A stretch of 64,000 nucleotides of DNA from Eledone cirrhosa (lineage: Eukaryota). Position numbers and translations under genes: made by a program. How positions within the stretch are numbered: position 1 is the stretch's first letter; the number at the start of each line of letters is the position of its first letter. The DNA lies in the NCBI GenBank assembly GCA_964016885.1, contig OZ024760.1:8804001-8868000 (forward strand), in the 5' to 3' direction. Below, one piece after another: positions 16,628 to 30,233 of the stretch. The notes under the pieces were generated by a model. The model saw only the letters and a program-made list of their open reading frames with translations, did no database searches and was not told where the DNA came from.

Positions 16628-17932
16628 GATATTGTGTGATAACAGGACTGGTTAGATATAACAGAGATATATATTGTGTGATAACTGGACTAGTTAGATA
16701 TATCAGAGAGATTTTATGTGATAACTGAACTAGTTAGATATATCAGAGAGATTTTATGTGATAACTGGACTAGTTAGATATATCAGAGAGATTTTATGTG
16801 ATAACTGGACTAGTTAGATATATCAGAGAGATATTATGTGATAACAGGACTGGTTAGATATAGCAGGGAAATAGTGTGTGATAACTGGACTAGTTAGATA
16901 TATGATAGTGTGTGATAGTGTGTGATAACAGAGTGATAGTGTGTGATAACAGAGTGATAGTGTGTGATAACAGAGTGATAGTGTGTGATAACAGAGAGAT
17001 AGTGTGTGATAACAGAGAGATAGTGTGTGATAACAGAGAGATAGTGTGTGATAACAGAGAGATAGTGTGTGATAACAGAGAGATAGTGTGTGATAACAGA
17101 GAGATAGTGTGTGATAACAGAGAGATAGTGTGTGATAACAGAGAGATAGTGTGTGATAACAGAGAGATAGTGTGTGATAACAGAGAGATAGTGTGTGATA
17201 ACAGAGAGATAGTGTGTGATAACAGAGAGATAGTGTGTGATAACAGAGAGATAGTGTGTGATAACAGAGAGATAGTGTGTGATAACAGAGAGATAGTGTG
17301 TGATAACAGAGAGATAGTGTGTGATAACAGAGAGATAGTGTGTGATAACAGGACTGGTTAGGTATAGCAGACAGATATTATGTGATAACATGACTGGTTA
17401 GATATAACAGAGATATTATGTGATAGGATTGGCAGTATCGGTAGAGGGTCGGACGCCATGCTTTGACGCATAGAGTTACGGCCCTTGCCATTCTGAGTTC
17501 AAATCCCGCCGAGGTTAACTTTGCCTTTCATCCTTACGGGGTCGATAAAATAAAGTACCAGTAATACATTGGGTAATTGCTGGCCTTGTGCCAAAAGTAG
17601 AAACAACTATGTGATAACAGGACTGGTTAGATATAACAGATATTGTGTGATAACTGGTCTGGGTAGATATAACAGAGATATATTATGTGATAATTTCTCT
17701 GGTTAGATATATCATAGATATATTGTGTGATAACTGGACTGGTTAGATATAGCAGAGATATATTGTGTGATAACTGGACTGGTTAGATATAGCAGAGAGA
17801 TATATTATGTGATAACTGGACTGGTTAGATATAGCAGAGATATATTGTGTGATAACTGGACTGGACTGGTTAGATATAGCAGAGAGATATATTATGCGAT
17901 AACTGGACTGGTTAGATATAGCAGAGAGATAT
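16628..17932. repeat. Minisatellite: ~39-bp units flanking a 21-bp (gtgtgataacagagagatagt)n core, interrupted by a SINE
   Basis: The 21-bp core spans ~16905-17350; SINE family 1 is inserted at ~17425-17608. Confidence 0.9.
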
Positions 17933-19119
17933 TGGAATTCTGGATAGGTTGGTCACGGTTAGAACGCTCGGGCTGTTGGGTGAAACTTGATATGGAGCTT
18001 AAAGAACAATAACTGGTATACGATTCCGCTCACAATAAACAAATAACACCCCCTCCCTTGTAGTGTGTGTGTGGGTTGGTGGGTGTGGGTGATTGTGGGT
18101 GGGTGTGGGTGATTGTGGGTGGTTGTGTGTGTGTGTGTGGGGGGGATATCTACTCTTTAAAAGAAGTTCATTGTGTAGCGAGTTTGTGGAACTCACGTAG
18201 CAGCGACTTAAGGCGTTTGAAGTTGAGACAGTAACCTCCTCGCACCTGCAATATCCTTGATATTTTAGAGAAAAATATTATATATGTTAAGCATGTCTTG
18301 GTTTTATTGGATAGGGGTCTTCAACTATTGTCTCGAGAATACCAAAGCCTTGTAAGTTAAATTTGGTAGATGGAAACTGTGAAAGCCCGACAAAGATCAT
18401 TTCTGTTCTTGGATAGTATACCGTCATCACTTGCAACTTGATCAACTCTGGCCTTAACAGAGACTAAGCTCCAACATAAGGCAAAGTGCCCCCCCCCCCC
18501 CCCTCAAGCCTGAGAATAAGTTCCTGTTTTCCTTCTGTCTACTAATCTCGAAAGCCCCGAAAAATATCAAGGCTGCTGTGGCCTTCTCCCTCTGAAAATG
18601 TCATATAAACGAAATTGAAGGAAGATCTTTATACGGGGAGTAGAAACTAACATATATTACAAAGAGAAATAGGGAGAGATGGGTCATGGTTTCGATTCCT
18701 AGAACGGGTGGTGCTGTTGTACTTTTGAGCAAGACACTTCATTTCACGTTGTTTTAGTTAACTAAGTTGGAAAATGATGAAACCAACAGCCACTGGTGGG
18801 GTCATGTACTTCTAGTAGATAAGGCCACATAAATCTGGGATAATCACCAGTCAGGAAAATATCAGCGATAAACAAGTTAATTCGATTCGATAGTAAATTC
18901 CTAGAAATATGGGACAAGCGAATTGAAAGACCCAGGCTTAGGTGACTTAGAAATATATAATAACTGGAAGTAGATGGTTTAGACATAAGATCACATAATG
19001 GCCGCCATTACAAATAAATAAATAAGCTGTCATCATTTGAATAATTTTCCCCTGTCTTCACTTTTCACACATTAGTCCCTTTTGTGTGTTTTATATCGTT
19101 CTTTTCATCTTTCCCTATG

Positions 19120-19169
<50 letters not shown>

Positions 19170-19484
19170 TATTTGTTTCCTATTTCTCTTATTTCCTCTT
19201 TATCACCCTCTCCATCTTTAACCCCCTCCATTAAATATTGCCCTTTCTGCTCTTTCCACAGCGACATTACTCACTTATTCTCTCTCTGCCCTAATCTATC
19301 TATCTATGGCTATCTATCTATATCTCGCCATCTATATATATCTTTATGAAGTAGAGTAGGGCCCGACGGCTGAGCTCTTGCCGTTTCGACAGTAAATGTT
19401 CTTGTGTGAGCAGGTGAATATCCAGAGTAACACGACTCTCTATACATATAAATGAATATATATGTATAGATAGGGAGTTACCAG

Positions 19485-19521
<37 letters not shown>

Positions 19522-19594
19522 TATATATTATACAATTAAGTTAAATTTAATTTAATTTCGTTTCGTTATTTGTTTTTATATATATTATATATAT

Positions 19595-19800
19595 ATAGAA
19601 ACAAGTAGGACCCCGACGGCTGAGCTCAAGCCGTTTCGACGGCTAATTCTTTTTTTTTTTAGTCCAGAATTAGCCGTCGAAACGGCTTGAGCTCAGCCGT
19701 CGGGGTCCTACTCGTTCCTATTACCCACTCTACTACCCTAAGTATTGAGTACTTTGGTGCGTTATGGTCCATCTGGTTCCTTACCACATTTCCTTCGTTA
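19595..19800 (+). mobile_element. Family A fold-back half-hammerhead mini-element
   Basis: Inverted arm, poly-T centre, gtccagaattagccgtcGAAAcggcttgagctcagccgTCggggtcc and the conserved 3' body; (TA)n on both sides. Confidence 0.85.
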
Positions 19801-20908
19801 TATATATATATATATAAGTATATATGTATATATGTATGTATGCATGCATGCATTTATGTATGAATATATATACGTGTCTGTGTTTGTGTGTTATATTTCT
19901 GTAATTTGCCTAAAGGTACAACTTGTCACCACCAACACCACCAACAACCACAACACCAACACCAACCACACCACAAACAACAACACCACCAACAACCACA
20001 ACACCAACACCAACACCAACCACACCACCAACAACAACACCACCAACAACCACAACACCAACACCAACCACACCACCAACAACAACCCCACCACCAACAA
20101 CGAAGAGCGCTAATCTGTGTCGGATTGGAAATATTACAAGCTGGTTCAGAAATGTACCTTTGACATTAAGTTAACCGAGTGTAAGGGTTTCGGGTGACAT
20201 TTGCAGTAAGATGAATTAAGGTCAGTGTAAATATTGCCCTAGTATACTATATATATATATTGACAGCTCATCATACCAACATAAATACGTACTCTCAGAT
20301 TATATATGTGTGTGTGTGTGTGTGTGTGTGAGTGCTTGTGTCTGTAAATGTGTGTGTGTGTGTGTGTGAGAGTGAGAGTGAGAGTGCTTGAGAGTGCTTG
20401 TGTCTGTAAATATGTGTGTGTGTGTATGTGTGTGTGTCCACGCGTGTATCTATATATGTGCGTGTGTGTGTGTGTGAGTGTGTGTGTATGTGTATGCGCG
20501 CGTGTGTCTATATGCGTGTGTGTGTGCGTGCGTGCGTGCGCGTGTCTATATATGTGTGTGTGCGCGCGTGTGTATATATGTGTGTGTGCGCGTGTGTCTA
20601 TATGTGTGTGTGTGTGCGCGTGTGTCTATATATATATGTGTGTGTGTGTGTTTGGGTACACATTGAATAGTAAAAAGAGCAATCAACACACGATGTGGAA
20701 GTTGAGGCTATTTCTATAAACATTTTGACATAATTCCCCATCAACGAATGGCGTTCTAGCCACAAGTCGACCATCGCAGAGCTTGGAGTTACGGCCAGAA
20801 AAACGTTTCGTAATGCAAAAATTTGCCAAATTGCAAATATATATACACACACACACACACATATATACACACACACACACGCATATATATATATATATAT
20901 ACATATAT

Positions 20909-20941
<33 letters not shown>

Positions 20942-21024
20942 CATATATACACACACAGACACATATATATATATATATACATATATATACACACACACAC
21001 ACACATATATATATATACATATAT

Positions 21025-21057
<33 letters not shown>

Positions 21058-21074
21058 CATATATACACACACAC

Positions 21075-21117
<43 letters not shown>

Positions 21118-21751
21118 CATATACACACACACACACATATATACATATATACACACATATATATACATATACACACAGATATATATATATATATATATAC
21201 ATACATACGCACACATATATACATACACACACACACACACACACATATATACACACATATATATATATATATACACATATATATATATATACACATATAT
21301 ATATATATATACACATATATACACACACACATATACATACACACACACATATATATACACACACACATACATACACATATATATATACACATATATACAC
21401 ACCCATACACACCCATACACACCCATACACACCCATACACACACCCATACACACATACACACCCATACACACATATACACACCCATACACACATATACAC
21501 ACCCATACACACACCCATACACACATATATACACACCCATACACACATATATACACACCCATACACACATATATACACACCCATACACACATATATACAC
21601 ACATATATACACACCCATACACACATATATACACACCCATACACACATATATACACACCCACACCCATACACATACACACACCCATACACATATATATAC
21701 ACACACATATACACACACACATATATACACACACACAGACATATATACTCA

Positions 21752-21794
<43 letters not shown>

Positions 21795-22064
21795 TCATTA
21801 TCCGGTTCGTATTTGCAAATTATTTTAGAATTGAAAGTTTTGATTTCAAATTCTTGTTAAGCATTCGTCTGTAGGTGAACATGAGAAGTGTAAAATCTAG
21901 GCCGGCGTTCCACCTAATCTCATCTATCGGAACATTCTAGAAAGGAGGGTTCAAATACTGCCCCAGATTCTCTCAGTATAATTCTAGTTAAACTGTTTTA
22001 TTCACGCCCTAAACATTAGGGGTGAGGGCTTGTGGTGTCAATAGATAAAACAAGAACAATGCTA

Positions 22065-22880
22065 TTTTTGGCAGTAATCGGTAGAGCGTCGGACGGCATG
22101 TTTTACGGCATACAGTTACGGTCCTTTATGTTCTGAGTTCAAATCCCACCGAGGTTACCTCTGCCAGTCATACTCCTGAGGTCGATAAAATAAAGTACCA
22201 GTAACGCACTAGGGTCGATTTAATCGACTTTCCCCTCTCATCCCCCAAATTGCTGGCCTTGTGCATAAATCAGGAGTCGTTATTATTATGACGATTTAGA
22301 GAGGAGCGGGCGGCCCTCCTAGGGTGTTCTTTGAGCGTCGGGTGGTTTAGGATTAGTGGGGTTCCTAAGTCACCTCTGGTTGATACTCCCCCATATTTTC
22401 ATTGTTTTCTTTTGTTCATTGTAATTTATTAATTTCTTTTTACTCGATTTCAGTGTACACCCCCCCCCCCCCCCCATTGACCCTGTATATTGTATTGTTC
22501 CCTTTTTGTTGGCCCTTGTGGCTAATATTATTATTATTATTATTATTAAGAGACGAGGATTGGCAGTATCGGTAGAGCGTCGAAAACCATGTTTTTCAGA
22601 ATAGAGTTATGGCCCTTTACGTTCTGAGTTCAAATCCTGCCGAAGTTAGCTTTGCCTTTCATCTTTACGGGGTCGATAAATAAAGTACCAGTAATGCACT
22701 GGGGTCGATTTAGTCGACTTTACCCTAAAATGGCTGGTCTTGTGCTTAAAGTAGAAACAATTTATTACTATTATTCTGTACCAGTCACACACTGGAGTCG
22801 ATTTAATCGACTTTCCCCTCCCCCAAAATTGCTGGCCTTGTGCCTATATAAGAAACTATTATTATTATTATTATTATAAG
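22065..22880 (+). mobile_element. Two SINE family 1 copies with a Tx1-like 3' remnant (~22290-22530) between them
   Basis: SINE A/B boxes at ~22068 and ~22560. The intervening tgtattgttccc...gcccttgtggctaat matches the 3'UTRs at ~53440-53485 and ~53850-53890. Confidence 0.7.
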
Positions 22881-23517
22881 ACCTATCCCGAAGGTACAAA
22901 TGTAGGTTGCAAACGTCAAATGATAGAGGAAACCTGCTGATGGTGGACTAATTCGGGATCTGTGTGGTATCCAGATTTGTCCTGTTCGGCTGTCCCCACA
23001 ATGAAATGTCCCCACAATGGAATGTCCTGGATGATCCTAGGTTTCTGATCCTCACAATGGCGCTCCCTTAGTAATCCTAGAGCCTTAATTATAGCAAAGG
23101 GCACAAGCGATCTTAACCAGAACTGAAATTGACATCGTTTTGGCCTCAAGGAAAACAATAATTGAATTTCTCGATAACCTTTGGAACAAGAAAAATCGCC
23201 TGATAACTTTGATATCACAATGATGTCGAGCGATTCCGCCCAAGTCACAGACTTAGTAGGACCTTTCCTACCGTATTCCTGCCTGTTTCACAACTAACTG
23301 CAATAGTAACCTTGAAAGACCGAAACACCTTTTTAAAGATAATAGCCTAAATATTACGATAGATATAAGTAATAAAGTAGTTAACTTTCTAGATGTTACC
23401 TTTGAACTAAAAACTGAGCTCCATAAACCTTACCATAAACCTAGTGAGCACCTTTTCTATGTAAATAACCCCTTAAACCACTCTAAATCAATATTTAAGT
23501 ATATAGTAAAAAAAAAA

Positions 23518-23550
<33 letters not shown>

Positions 23551-23551
<1 letters not shown>

Positions 23552-23736
23552 GCGAGGGAAAAGTGGTAACCAGGTGGACCATAACGCACCAAAGTACTCA
23601 ATACTTAGGGTAGCAGAGTGGGTAATAGGAGTAAGTAAGACCCCGACGGCTGAGCTCAAGCCGTTTCGACGGCTAATTCTGTACAGAATTAGCTGTCGAA
23701 ACGGCTTGAGCTCAGCCGTCGGGGTCTTACTTACTC
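23551..23736 (-). mobile_element. Family A fold-back mini-element nested in the PLE
   Basis: Body is on the minus strand; palindrome centred on aattctgtacagaatt. Confidence 0.85.
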
Positions 23737-23737
23737 G

Positions 23738-24379
23738 TGTGCTGTGTTGTGTTGTGTGTTGTGTGCTGTGTTGTGTTGTGTTGTGTGTTGTGTGCTGTGT
23801 TGTGTTGTGTGTTGTGTGCTGTGTTGTGTTGTGTGTTGTGTGCTGTGTTGTGTTGTGTGTTGTGTGCTGTGTTGTGTTGTGTGCTGTGTTGTGTGTTGTG
23901 TTTTGTGTTGTGTTGTGTGTTGTGTTGTGTGTTGTGTTGTGTTGTGTGTTGTGTGTTGTGTTGTGTGTTGTGTTGTGTGTTGTGTTGTGTTGTGTGTTGT
24001 GTGTTGTGTTGTGTTGTGTGTTGTGTTGTGTTGTGTGTTGTGTTGTGTTGTGTGTTGTGTTGTGTGTTGTGTTGTGTGTTGTGTTGTGTGTTGTGTTGTG
24101 TGTTGTGTTGTGTGTTGTGTTGCGTGTTGTGTTGTGTTGTGTGTTGTGTTGTGTGTTGTGTTGTGTGTTGTGTTGTGTGTTGTGTTGTGTGTTGTGTTGT
24201 GTGTTGTGTTGTGTGTTGTGTTGTGTGTTGTGTTGTGTGTTGTGTTGTGTGTTGTGTTGTGTGTTGTGTTGTGTGTTGTGTTGTGTGTTGTGTTGTGTGT
24301 TGTGTTGTGTGTTGTGTTGTGTGTTGTGTGTTGTGTGTTGTGTGTTGTGTGTTGTGTGTTGTGTTGTGTGTTGTGTGTG

Positions 24380-24393
<14 letters not shown>
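23738..24393. repeat. (TGTGT/TGTGTGT)-type low-complexity repeat
   Basis: Seen directly. Confidence 0.95.
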
Positions 24394-24415
<22 letters not shown>

Positions 24416-25624
24416 AGAATTTCTAGACCGCCCTCCAATAGAGTTATCTGTAATCCAAATGCACAATATTACAATGAGACGTTCACTAGATCAGGTTATA
24501 ATGAAGATATCTAATACAACATAGATAAAAGTATCTGTAAAAGTAGGAACTTAAATATAATTACTCACAATAGCATATGACATTGATACAGAATCTAACT
24601 GAACGGACGTAAATGATAGAGTTATTGACCATGACAATACTCCTATTAAGACTTTAAATATCGTATCTAACACGAATATTATTAGTGGAAGTTAGAAAGA
24701 ACGTACCTATGCTAGCTGCAATAGGTATGTAAACCATAACAGAAATATAACTAGGAAACTAGAAGAAACAAAAACGACTACAAAGATATCTATGTAAATA
24801 ATTGTTTCTACTTTTGGCACAAGGCCAGCAATTATCCCAGTATAGGTAGAGGGTCGGACGCCATGCTTTGGCGCATAGAGTTACGGCCCTTGCCATTCTG
24901 AGTTCAAATAAAGTACCAGTAATGCACTGGGTAATTGCTGACCTTGTGCCAAATGTAGAAACAATTATTTATTATATATAAATTAATTGTTTCTACTTTA
25001 GGCACAAGGTCAGCAATTGCCCAGTGCATTACTGGTACTTTATTTTATCGACCCCGTAAGGATGAAAGGCAAAGTTAACCTCGGCGGGATTTGAACTCAG
25101 AACGTAAATGGACGTAACTATGCTGGAAAGCAAGGCGTCCGACCCCTCTACTGATACTGCCAATCGACCGCCCCTGATATGTATGTGTAAATAATGGTAG
25201 AACGAAAGATGTAACACAGTATAATCTTCACCATAATAAACCCTCAAATCCGACACAAATTTTTGATTTGATCTCTTTTAAGACCCCCCCCCCCCATCCC
25301 CCACCTAATATCCCCAAATCTCGTAATTAAAACTCTCATAGTAACTAATAATAATGAACGGATCTCTCGTCTTCCTTCGCACAACTTTCAACTACTAGAT
25401 AAGAGCAGCTCAACTTGGAGGAGCAATAAAACTAACCGTAGAAGGCCCTCAACATGATTTAATCCACCATATCGTAAGCATATAGTTTGAAATATACCTA
25501 AATGGTCCTTAAATATAATTGATGAAATTTTCCCCAAATCACATAAGTACCACAAACTGTTAAACAAAAATACTATTAAACTGTCCAACACCCAATTTAA
25601 CAGAATATTTAGCATCTAGTAACA

Positions 25625-26170
25625 GTGCAGTATTGCATCGCTCTAGGTTGGGCAAGTTTCCTCAAGAACAAGGAAGTATTAACACCAAAACGAGTTTCCT
25701 ATCATTTAAAGGCTAAGATCTTTGATACTTACATCCTACCAGTTGTGTTATATGGTCTTGACTGTGTTAATTGGACGACAAGGTCACTTCAGAAGCTCTC
25801 TACATTCCAGAACCACATCATGAGACTTATGACTGGCAAGCAGCTCAGCGACCGTATCTGTATCATTGGGCTGCTCAACGTTACCAGACTTAGACCAATT
25901 ACATCAATTGTCAAGTCAAGAGTACTCAAACTATACGGTCATATAAAAAGATCAACTCATGGTGTGAATAGGTTATGCATGGAAGGCAGGTTGGTTGGTA
26001 AGAGAAGCAGAGACCGGCAGCCAAAACGATGGCTAGATAATATCAACTTATGGACTGGACTTAATCTTTGTTCTTTAAACTCTGTTGCTGGTGATCGAAC
26101 TTTGTGGAGAAAAATATCTCATGTTGATGCGCAGCCTGTAACTGGTGGAGTTTAGCGACACGAATGAACT
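25625..26170 (+). mobile_element. RTE-clade LINE 3' fragment nested in the PLE
   Basis: KAKIFDTYILPVVLYGLDCVNWT...LKLYGHIKR...EGRLVGKRSRDRQPKRWLDNI. Confidence 0.88.
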
Positions 26171-28250
26171 GTGCTAAATTGAATAAGTATAGTTTAATAT
26201 CTCACAATATAGTTGATTCTACTAAGTACGGGTAATTAAGAGTAAATCCCACCATTGTAGAAGTCCGAAGCAGTTAAATAATCTTAATTTTGTATTTAAA
26301 AGTTCTGCTAACCCAATAGCTAACCATAACTGTAACTGTAGACAACCACAAAGTTGCCCCCACGCTGACAATTGACTAATATCTAGCATAGTATATCAAT
26401 GCACTGTTTCTACATCTAATTGTACTAAAGCTTACATCGGTGCAACGTCAAATAATTAAAAATCTTGGTGCAATGCCCACCTCCACCCTTTTAAGAATGT
26501 AAAACTGAGGAATTCTACCTCGCTCGCTTATGGGATTTGAAAAAAAATACAAACATCTCTTACTTCCTCTCTTGGTCTCATTTGAAAACCACAAAATCTG
26601 ACGATCCTGGCAGCCCCAAATGCAATTTATGTTTAACTGAGTGCCTCTTAATAATCAAGTCTAATCTAAAGTTATTGAATAGGAAGTCTGAAATCGTTTC
26701 AACCTGTCCACATAGAAATCCTTATTCTTTTTACTATCATAAATATGACCCTACTTAAGCAATTTAATTAAATTTTAAATTAAGTAATGAACTTTAAATT
26801 ATCATCCTCTTCTGCTTATATGCTTAATAAGCAACATACTTATTTTTATTAGACATTTGAGTCATATAACTTTAGTATTAAAATTAAGTCCATTTAAGTT
26901 TTTTTTCTATAACTATACGTAGCTCCTAACAGGAGATTTTTTACATTTAATTTAGTAGATACCTTATAGTAACTCGCATATAACCCAGTATACACTTATA
27001 GCGTAGGTCACCATTGAACTTATAGTGTGTATACATATTTTGGTCCACATTTTAAGTGAACACTTGATAGCCTGGATTAGGATATCTGTTCAATATGACA
27101 CCGCCTTAAACAGTGAATTCTGCAGAGTGCCACTGTTAAACGTCGTTGTCAAAATAATGTAATATTTAAAAAACAAAGTTTGGACCATAAAATAACATTT
27201 AGTAAGTAAAAAAAATATATTTGTGCTTATATATATATATATAAAACACACTAAGCACATGGTTTAGTGTTGAGAGCGGCGGGCTTACAATCATGAGGTT
27301 GTGAGTTCGATTCTCGGACATGGCTTTGCGTTGTGTCCTTGAGCAAGACACTTGAAGGAATGATGATGAAGCTGAGAAATCGTGCATGCAATAATAATAA
27401 TTGTTTCTACTTTTGGCACAAGGCCAGCAATTACCCCAGTGTATTACTGGTACTTTATTTTATCGACCCCCGTAAGGATGAAAGGCAAAGTTACACTATT
27501 CCTTTCCAAGGACTATGTTGAAAAGTAAACCTTATTTGGTAATTCTTAGTCTGTCTATGAATCTTTATGTCACCCTTTATATATATATATATAAAACAAG
27601 GACAAGTGGTTACTCCATTACGTTTATTGGTTGGTGATGCGTTTCGCCACCGATCAGCTCAAGGTTCGATCTGTATCGATCTAGCCCGTGTGGTAATATA
27701 TATATATATATATATGAATAAAGTTAGTCCTTATCAGTGATCTTCCAACCATCATTGGTATTTCATCGCTTTAAAGACCATATACCTCCGGTTGGTGCGA
27801 GCAACGGCTAAAAAAAGTCGTTGGGACACGAGTGTAAACAAACAAAAATGGTGAAGCAACGAAAAGCGAGGATATAAATATATATATATATATATAAACA
27901 AATTTAATATAAAAATGGCTTCTATAGGACTAGAATTGTTTCATTTGACTGAAACAGTTTCTAGGCCTGTAGAAGCCTTTTCTATATTAAATGTGTTGTA
28001 TACACTCTACTAATGAGTACCTTACGAACTATGGTTACCCCCGATTGAACCTGGGACTCTCTCTCTCTAACACACATATATATATATATTGTTATACTTG
28101 GGGAGGGTCATATTTGTGTAATATTGCCAGAATTAATAACAGAACACACTCACCGGCAATATTACACAAATATGACCCTCCCCAAGTATAACAATATTTG
28201 TTTCGACACACTATTTCATATAAAAAACCTCGCAAAACTAATTCATCGCC

Positions 28251-28299
<49 letters not shown>

Positions 28300-28845
28300 G
28301 TAATCTGAGTTTTTCGAATATTAATAATTGTTTCTACTTTAGGCACAAGGCCAACAATTACCCAGTGCATTACTGGTACTTTATTTTATCGACCCCGTAA
28401 GGATGAAAGGCAAAGTCAACTATTAATAATAATATTCGATTCGTTTGCAATTATGCAAACAAGCCTCATTTTTAAAGTGATGTCAGTAGAATGAGCCCTT
28501 ATTTCAGTTCACTGTCCACCTGCCACCTGTCAGAGCTAGTGAAAATATATGCTATTTTCTAAAATATACAGTGACTGATCGGCCTGATTTGCATATTAAC
28601 AGACTGGCTGATCAGTTAGATCTGCATATCATATTTTTTTTATTATACACATACGAGTATATATATATATATATATATAGGAAAATGCGTGAGACCATGG
28701 TACAGTTAGGTATATTAGGAAAATAGGAAAAGAACGACTTCATTTGTAGTTGTACAACAATTTGATTTTATAATTCTGCTATGTAGATGTACATAGCAGA
28801 CTTATAAAATTAAATTATTATACAAATGAAGACATTCTTTTACTT

Positions 28846-28879
<34 letters not shown>

Positions 28880-28881
<2 letters not shown>

Positions 28882-29199
28882 GTGGCTGCCAACTCGTTTT
28901 CGAGTACGGCCACTACTTTATATCCATGTAGGAGAACCCCTACCGATGCGCTGAACGAGTGTGACTTTTTAGTCCAGCCTGCGACATGAAAACTCTGGTA
29001 CAAACACTACACTTGTGACAATTATTGACACATAGTGCTGGGCTCATGGTACCATGTGACGACAAGTGCAGAGAGATATCCAGATATAAAGCAATGCCTG
29101 TGCCGTGAAGCTTTTATAGTGAGCAAAGGCACTGCACAAAGCCAGTCCCACTCTCTTAACCAAGATGATATTTACCAAAAAGAAGAACAAGTCAACATC
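28880..29199 (-). mobile_element. 5'-truncated copy of the RTE-derived mini-element
   Basis: Near-identical to 13570-13889; 3' end abuts (TA)n. Confidence 0.85.
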
Positions 29200-29449
29200 C
29201 TTGTGTATATATATATACATACATTCATACATACACACACCCGTTTAAATTCGGTGTTTTACCACTGGGTAGAATTGGTCATTCTGCAATGTTAATCATA
29301 ACTTAATATGAGAAAGCACTCGCCGTTACGCAACTCATTTATTTTCAATGTTGAATCAAGTTGGTGGTGCGGTTACGGAGTAAATGTATTATAAAGTGAA
29401 ATAACAGGAGGCTAAATATGTTGAATTTCCTTAATTTTTTATTACTGTA

Positions 29450-29507
29450 AACACTACATATTTCAGTGACCAGGTTGCATAAGAACTCGGTGACCTCATC
29501 AGGTGTA
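29450..29507 (-). ncRNA. Minimal hammerhead ribozyme
   Basis: Minus strand: tacac-CTGATGA-ggtcaccgagtt(cttatgc)aacctggtcact-GAAA-tatg-TA-gtgtt, followed by AATAAA and the ACTC-cgt...acg-gc-GAGTGC hairpin. Confidence 0.7.
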
Positions 29508-29611
29508 AATTGCGTAATAGATGCATAACAACGGAATGATGGTAAGCTTTAAGGAAACAAGCAAAGAATAACAAAGAGGAAAAAGTGTGTGCTATGTCTT
29601 TGATCTGTGTG

Positions 29612-29660
<49 letters not shown>

Positions 29661-29664
<4 letters not shown>

Positions 29665-29833
29665 CGAAGGAAATGTGGCAAGGAACCAGGTGGACCATAA
29701 CGCACCAAAGTACTCAATACTCAGGGTAGTAGAGTGGGTAATAGGAACGAGTAGGACCCAGACGAGTCGGACCCAGTCCAGAATTAGCCGTCGAAACGGC
29801 TTGAGCTCAGCCGTCGGGGTCCTACTCGTTCCT
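29661..29833 (-). mobile_element. Family A mini-element with a rearranged fold-back centre
   Basis: Same body as other copies; short duplicated gacgagtcggaccca at the junction. Confidence 0.8.
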
Positions 29834-29842
29834 ATATTTGCG

Positions 29843-30056
29843 AAGGCGTGTGGCTGAGTGCTTAGAGAATTAGATTCGCAATCGTAAGGTTGTGAGTTCG
29901 ATTCCTGGACCAGGTAATGCGTTATGTCCTTGAGCAAGACACTTTATTTCACGTTGCTCCTTCTACCTGGAGTTGCGACCGATAGATAGTATTAGCAATT
30001 GGAAAGACCAACGGAAACATTGTTCCCTCGGTCCGATTTGACGAAAGTCGATCGTT

Positions 30057-30060
<4 letters not shown>
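29843..30060 (+). mobile_element. tRNA-derived CORE-type SINE family 2 (young copy)
   Basis: A box tggctgagtg(g/c)ttag, B box gagttcgattcc, CORE-like gtccttgagcaagacact. Near-identical copies at 36080-36294(-) and 48894-49112(+); degenerate ones at ~18680, ~27255 and ~37095. Confidence 0.85.
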
Positions 30061-30109
<49 letters not shown>

Positions 30110-30186
30110 ATATATGTATATATTTGTGAATAAACATTGACGCGTGGAGCGAGTTAAAATATTTTTAGAAACGGAGAAAATCTCAA

Positions 30187-30233
<47 letters not shown>

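Larger units (their letters stand above)
23079..26758 (+). pseudogene. Decayed autonomous Penelope-like element (RT + GIY-YIG; Naiad-like), interrupted by nested insertions
   Basis: Collinear fragments: FDITMMSSDSAQVTDLVG and KVVNFLDVTFELKTELHKPYHKP (23079-23497); YNETFTRSGY (24419-24537); FNPPY..IDEIFPKSHKYHKLLNKNTIKLS (25450-25617); CNCRQPQSCP..SIVYQCTV..AYIGAT and KCNLCLTECLLIIKSNLKLLNRKSEIVSTCPHRN (26331-26758). Stops and frameshifts are present. Confidence 0.88.

Noticed and set aside
29843-29915. tRNA gene
   Set aside because: The tRNA-like A/B boxes continue into a CORE-like body and tail and recur in multiple copies, so this is a SINE head.
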